A stretch of 50,063 bases of DNA from an uncultured bacterium (GTDB taxonomy: Bacteria > Hydrogenedentota > Hydrogenedentia > Hydrogenedentales > JAEUWI01), in NCBI GenBank assembly GCA_963977445.1, contig CAXBPH010000007.1, forward strand, positions 1 through 50,063, written 5' to 3'. The notes under the pieces are model-generated. The model searched no databases. It saw nothing but the letters and a program-made list of their open reading frames with translations, and was not told the DNA's origin. Positions 45,610 through 50,063 of the stretch are shown piece after piece (position 1 is the stretch's first letter; each line of letters begins with the position of its first letter). The translations under genes and the position numbers were made by a program.

Positions 45610-47024
45610 CGCCACTCCTCTTCGCGCTTATGATTAGCACTTCCGCCAGCCTGCTGGATATACAGACCCTGCCCTGGCACAAGGACGACTCGTCGGTGGT
45701 CGTGGCGGATTTTGATCTCGACGGACGAGCCGAAGTAGGCGTAATTTCTGACAATCGACTCGATGTCTATGAGCAAAGACGGAATGAACCCTCCTTTTCC
45801 GTCTTCCTGCCCGAGAACACGGCCATTATTGATGTGTTCAAATCCGGTGAGGACGGTGCAACAGACATTATCGCTGTCGCTGGCGAGGATATCGTCCGCA
45901 TACCAGTTGTCCATGGCACCCCGGCGCCCCCGGAGCTTTGTTTCACCCGCAGAAACCAGTATAGCCAATACGGGGGACTACCCTTTCCCGGCGTACTGAT
46001 GATAAAGAAGGATAGGGTCGCGCTCGTGGCCCTTCCCTGTGCGGATGCCCTCGAGCTATGGACCCTCGATGGGAAGATGGTGGAAAGCTATTCCATCGGT
46101 GTGGACGCGCCACGACGATTATCCCTGGGCAAACCATTCAGTGTGCTGGCCAATCAGCGGGCTCAGTTGGCTGAGGAACCGGCGCTGGAGTATCGGGTGA
46201 GTAGCGTATCCACCTACAAGCCCATGCTGCCAGGAAACGACCTCCCACTCGCTATCGATGAACCGTCCGGCCGTCTGGGCACACCCCGTCAACAACGGGA
46301 GGCGTCAACGCTGGGGCCCGAGCGGTGGCCCTGGTTTCCACTGAATAAGACGGGGACAACGCAGGTACGTGCGCTTTATGCCCGTTCGGATTCCACGAGT
46401 GGACACACGGCCATCCGGATTCGGGAGATTCCCGAGGCTACAACCCAACCGATTTCGGGGATGGACACGGATCACACCGGACCGATTCGGCACTATCCTG
46501 GTTTCCTGTTGCGCCACCCCGATCAATTGCCCGATTTTAACGGCGATGGATTTCACGACCTCCTGCTTTGGAAGGCGCCCGACGTGTCGCCAACGGCCAA
46601 TAGCCTGGCGCGGGCGATTGCAAAGGGCACGTGGCCCGTCCGAATTATCAGCCACGCCTACGCCCCGGATAGCAAACGATTTCAAGCAAAGCCTTTGGGC
46701 TACATTGAAATCGAAATCCCCATTGCAGCCTACATAGCCTCGGGCGGCGAAAATCCGCTGGGAACGGTCTTTCTGGAAGATGCCAACGGAGATGGCCTAT
46801 CAGACTTCGGTTGTTTCCTGGACGCAAGAACGATTGCCATCTGGCTTTCCGGGGATTCCGGCTTCAGTCGTACCCCGGAATTCCGCCACGAATTCTCGGA
46901 TCCAATCGAAGAAGTACTCTTTGAGCTGGACCTGGATGGGCAAGGCCGATCAACCATCGCGCTCCGCAGTCAACACCGAATTTACCTCCTGCGCCCCGAT
47001 ACCGCCTTTGAATTTTCAAAGTAA
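45606..47024 (+). CDS. Secreted FG-GAP/VCBS-repeat protein
   Basis: DFDLDGRAEV, DFNGDGFHDL, DANGDGLSDF, DLDGQG; signal-like N-terminus; ATGA overlap. Confidence 0.82.
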   Translation: MTPLLFALMISTSASLLDIQTLPWHKDDSSVVVADFDLDGRAEVGVISDNRLDVYEQRRNEPSFSVFLPENTAIIDVFKSGEDGATDIIAVAGEDIVRIPVVHGTPAPPELCFTRRNQYSQYGGLPFPGVLMIKKDRVALVALPCADALELWTLDGKMVESYSIGVDAPRRLSLGKPFSVLANQRAQLAEEPALEYRVSSVSTYKPMLPGNDLPLAIDEPSGRLGTPRQQREASTLGPERWPWFPLNKTGTTQVRALYARSDSTSGHTAIRIREIPEATTQPISGMDTDHTGPIRHYPGFLLRHPDQLPDFNGDGFHDLLLWKAPDVSPTANSLARAIAKGTWPVRIISHAYAPDSKRFQAKPLGYIEIEIPIAAYIASGGENPLGTVFLEDANGDGLSDFGCFLDARTIAIWLSGDSGFSRTPEFRHEFSDPIEEVLFELDLDGQGRSTIALRSQHRIYLLRPDTAFEFSK

Positions 47025-47032
47025 GGCGTCGG

Positions 47033-47914
47033 TCAGATCGCCCCTTCTTTCGCCTTCAACTGCCGTTTCAGATCTTCGGTTAGCGTAGCCGCGGCCTCGT
47101 CCCGGTCATGGGCGCGGTAGAGATGATTGAGTCGAAGGCCTGCCAGGCGCGCCAGCGCAAGGGCGCTATCACGGTCGAGGGTATCCGGCTCGGCCAAGGC
47201 ACTTCCCAATACTTCCTGGTAAATCGCTTCCGCCTCTTCCGCCCGACCTGCCCGCTCTTCCAGTTGCCCATGGAGCAGTCGCAGTCGGAATTGTGTCTCA
47301 TCCGTAAGACCATTTTCCAAAACAGTGCCCAACTGCTCCCGCGCATCATCGTCCAGGTCGGCCAGCATCAATATTTGGACCGACTTCAGCACGACATTCT
47401 GTTCAAATACTTTATCCGCAGCGAGCTCCCGGGCTTGCTCAAAGGATTCCTTGGCCTTCTCATAATCCGGTGGGTCCAGTTGGGCATAGAGTTGACCCAT
47501 CGCTTCGTGAAGATAGGCCCCCTGCTCGCTGTCGTGGGGGAGTTGCATGGCGACAGACAACGCGCTCAAGCCAGATTCAGGAGACCCACTGTGCATCGCT
47601 TCGGATATCTGGTCACCCACAACGCCCGAGGCCGTATTCTTGGAGGGATCAGAAAGAGACTTTACGGTGAGAGGGGAATCGTCCTCCTGCTCATCGCTCC
47701 TTCGGACAATGGATGAACTCGGGTCAGCGGTGGAGGGTCGCTTGTTACTCGTCAACGCGATGGCATTTTTTCGGGTCGTTCCCGGTTTGGCCGTCAAGCG
47801 TTGTCCCTTATCGAAACTACCTTTCTTCACCGCGCCACGGCCAAAATAGGCGGCGACAATGGACACCACGATCAGTAGTACTATTGAACCGACCACCACC
47901 AGGGTTTGCTTCAT
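47033..47914 (-). CDS. Membrane-anchored TPR-like hypothetical protein
   Basis: N-terminal TM, disordered linker, and TPR-like helices (AMGQLYAQ...YEKAKESFEQA; HGQLEERAGRAEEAEAIYQEVL). Confidence 0.7.
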   Translation of the reverse strand: MKQTLVVVGSIVLLIVVSIVAAYFGRGAVKKGSFDKGQRLTAKPGTTRKNAIALTSNKRPSTADPSSSIVRRSDEQEDDSPLTVKSLSDPSKNTASGVVGDQISEAMHSGSPESGLSALSVAMQLPHDSEQGAYLHEAMGQLYAQLDPPDYEKAKESFEQARELAADKVFEQNVVLKSVQILMLADLDDDAREQLGTVLENGLTDETQFRLRLLHGQLEERAGRAEEAEAIYQEVLGSALAEPDTLDRDSALALARLAGLRLNHLYRAHDRDEAAATLTEDLKRQLKAKEGAI

Positions 47915-47928
47915 CTATTTTCTCCGTG

Positions 47929-48876
47929 TCAGGGAGCCGCCAGGGGTGCTTGTTCCACTTTGGGTGTAGCGGCGGGCTTGTCGTAGTTGGTCTCGTCGGG
48001 ATCCGAGCCCTCCAGCGACAGTGCAGGCATTTTTTCTTCGCTGTTTTTTTCAATGCCTTCTGAAGGAGAGGCCGGTGACAGGGTAATCGGATTGTCACCC
48101 AGGGAGCGAACGGTGATGTTATTGCGAACTTCGCGAACGCCTTGAATACTCCGGGCTATCTGCTCGGCAACTTCCTGCTTCTCAGGAGAGTTTACGGTGC
48201 CCGAAAGAAAACAGATGCCATCATCAACTTCCACATCCAGTTCTCGGGTACTCAGGTGACGATTCAGCAGAAAAGCCGTTTCTATCCGGGATTCGAGCCA
48301 TTCATCACTGAACTGACGACCTACGCCAAGAAGGGGATCGCTGCTGTTCTTTGGTCGCACGGTAAGGTCGTCCACCACGTCGATGACGCCTTTGGTCCCT
48401 TCGGCAATTTCAAAGATTTTCTTGCGGTGCTCTTCCGAGGGAATTACCCCGTAGAGGGTGACCACGTTGTTGAGCGTGCTGATGCCGATTTTCAGGCCCT
48501 TGAATTGGCCGTTGTAGAGGAGTCGGGCTTTGACCGCCGCCGAAACCGAGCGATCTTCGATGCGCTGTCCCCAACTGCGCTGCTCCTTCTCGCCCACGAC
48601 CGTATTGATTACGGTCAACTGGTTGTCCACGAAGCGCACGCCCTTTACACCAAGGGCAAGGTCCTCAGCGAGCTCTTTCTGCACTTCATCACTCACCGTT
48701 CCCGTAATTACAACGTTACCTTCGCGGGTAGTCGTATTAATATTGAGGGGATTCAGGTGCTTATTCAGCAAATAGAGGGTTTCTATCTGCGCGGTGATCG
48801 CAGTGTCTTCCACGTCTGTCGCCACCTGCTCTACCTGGGCGCTAATCATCGACGCAATCAATACAAGGGCTACCAT
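47929..48876 (-). CDS. BON-domain protein (three BON domains, OsmY-like)
   Basis: Three D..I/V...(I/V).V....G.V.L.G.V......A....GV..V.N-type repeats; GAGGA RBS; signal-like N-terminus. Confidence 0.9.
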   Translation of the reverse strand: MVALVLIASMISAQVEQVATDVEDTAITAQIETLYLLNKHLNPLNINTTTREGNVVITGTVSDEVQKELAEDLALGVKGVRFVDNQLTVINTVVGEKEQRSWGQRIEDRSVSAAVKARLLYNGQFKGLKIGISTLNNVVTLYGVIPSEEHRKKIFEIAEGTKGVIDVVDDLTVRPKNSSDPLLGVGRQFSDEWLESRIETAFLLNRHLSTRELDVEVDDGICFLSGTVNSPEKQEVAEQIARSIQGVREVRNNITVRSLGDNPITLSPASPSEGIEKNSEEKMPALSLEGSDPDETNYDKPAATPKVEQAPLAAP

Positions 48877-49174
48877 AGTCTACGATTCCTCGATACGGTA
48901 CCAGACAGTATCCGGTGCTGGCATGCCTCGGCAGGCAGCCAATAACTTCCCGGATCACTGCCGCCCGCTGGCTTAACGGGACACTAACATCCGGACTTCA
49001 TCATTATAGGCCAGCGGTGACTGCCGTACAAATTGCACGTCTCCGCTGCGGACCATTGACCATAAGATAAATACCCGAAACGGGTGAAATAGTTCCATGT
49101 AACCTGACAAAATACGCATAAATATCGTTTTTGAGGAAATTGAGAGCACCAAATCATACAGAAAGGACGCTCCT

Positions 49175-49855
49175 ATGGAATTGGAGAGCATAGTCCCCTG
49201 GGGGCGCTCCTACGATGAGTACATACGTATGTTTTCCCTCTTGCCAGAGGATTTGACTACACGAATCCTCGGATGTGGCGACGGGCCGGCCGCCTTCAAC
49301 GGCGAATTGACCACGCGGGGCGGCTCCGTCACCTCGCTGGACCCAATCTATGCCTTTGCAGCCGATGAAATTGAAGCCCGAATTGCGGCGACGGCCGAGA
49401 TGATTCTGCGGGAAATTCAGCAAAAACATCATCAGTATCTCTGGGAGGAAATCCCCTCGCCCGAAATCCTCCTCCATACCCGACGGGAAGCCATGGCCCG
49501 GTTTTTGAGGGACTACCCTATCGGTCGGGAAGAGGGACGCTACGTTGCGGGGGCCCTCCCCGAACTACCCTTTACAGCGGACCAGTTTGACCTGGTGCTC
49601 TGCTCTCATCTCCTGTTCACCTACTCCCATCATCTGAATGAGGCCTTCCATATCAACGCGGTGGAGACCATGCTGGGGGTAGGACGGGAATTGCGTGTTT
49701 TCCCGGTGCTTCAGTTGGACGGAAGCCCCTCACCTCATCTGGAGCCCCTCTGTGCCCATCTCGACAGCGCAGGCTATCATGTGCGACTTGAAACGGTAGC
49801 CTATGAATTTCAACGGGGCGGTAACAGGATGTTACGCATTCAACGCCCGGCATGA
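49175..49855 (+). CDS. Class I SAM-dependent methyltransferase-like protein
   Basis: VPWGRSYDEY..MF, ILGCGDGPAAFN, LPELPF...FDLVLCSHLLFTY, YEFQRGGN. Confidence 0.85.
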   Translation: MELESIVPWGRSYDEYIRMFSLLPEDLTTRILGCGDGPAAFNGELTTRGGSVTSLDPIYAFAADEIEARIAATAEMILREIQQKHHQYLWEEIPSPEILLHTRREAMARFLRDYPIGREEGRYVAGALPELPFTADQFDLVLCSHLLFTYSHHLNEAFHINAVETMLGVGRELRVFPVLQLDGSPSPHLEPLCAHLDSAGYHVRLETVAYEFQRGGNRMLRIQRPA

Positions 49856-49916
49856 CTTGCTATCCTGACCCCCACCCTACATGCTATAGCCTTGGGCCCT
49901 GGCATGGAGAAAAAAC

Positions 49917-50039
49917 GTGAAGAAGACGATTAAGTGGATAATTTTCCTGACCATGGGAATAGGATTCGTTGTGGCGGGCACCTGGTTACTGCGGCCCGCC
50001 AAGCCCGTACAGAGGTGGACCCCATTGCTTGGACGCTAG
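49917..50039 (+). other. Short 40-codon ORF with a signal/TM segment, possibly a truncated gene
   Basis: GGAGA RBS then GTG; (M)KKTIKWIIFLTMGIGFVVAGTWLLRPAKPVQRWTPLLGR*; ends 24 nt before the window edge. Confidence 0.4.
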
Positions 50040-50063
50040 ATCGTGTTTCTTAAGTGTATCCGT

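Overview
A moderately GC-rich bacterial chromosomal segment. No rRNA, tRNA, CRISPR array, integrase or transposase gene is recognisable by eye. The lineage is tentatively Ca. Hydrogenedentota-like, inferred only from the style of its LAGCP/PKD lipoprotein and not checked by search. The left ~5.6 kb looks accessory. It holds a glucosylglycerate module in which a GpgS-type glucosyltransferase is fused to a GH13_18 glucosylglycerate-phosphorylase-like domain, next to a HAD phosphatase. It also holds DinB and USP genes and two gene relics (pyridoxamine-oxidase-like and OXA-type beta-lactamase). The rest mixes housekeeping genes (hisC, hisD, murA, secG, tpiA, nadX, rplU, rpmA, obgE, proB, mtnA, cmk, recJ) with other loci. 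These are a two-gene PlsR/PlsA(Ger)-like candidate ether-lipid/plasmalogen locus, an RND system (MFP plus two permeases), an 8-PKD lipoprotein, an ABC transporter coupled to two FG-GAP/VCBS proteins, BON and TPR-like proteins, and several hypotheticals. The best leads are the synthase-phosphorylase fusion, the pls/ger-like pair with a Cys-rich N-terminal extension, a structured leader upstream of nadX, a structured element between secG and murA, and an unlisted 58-aa membrane ORF. All calls rest on motif recognition and manual pairing; no searches were run.
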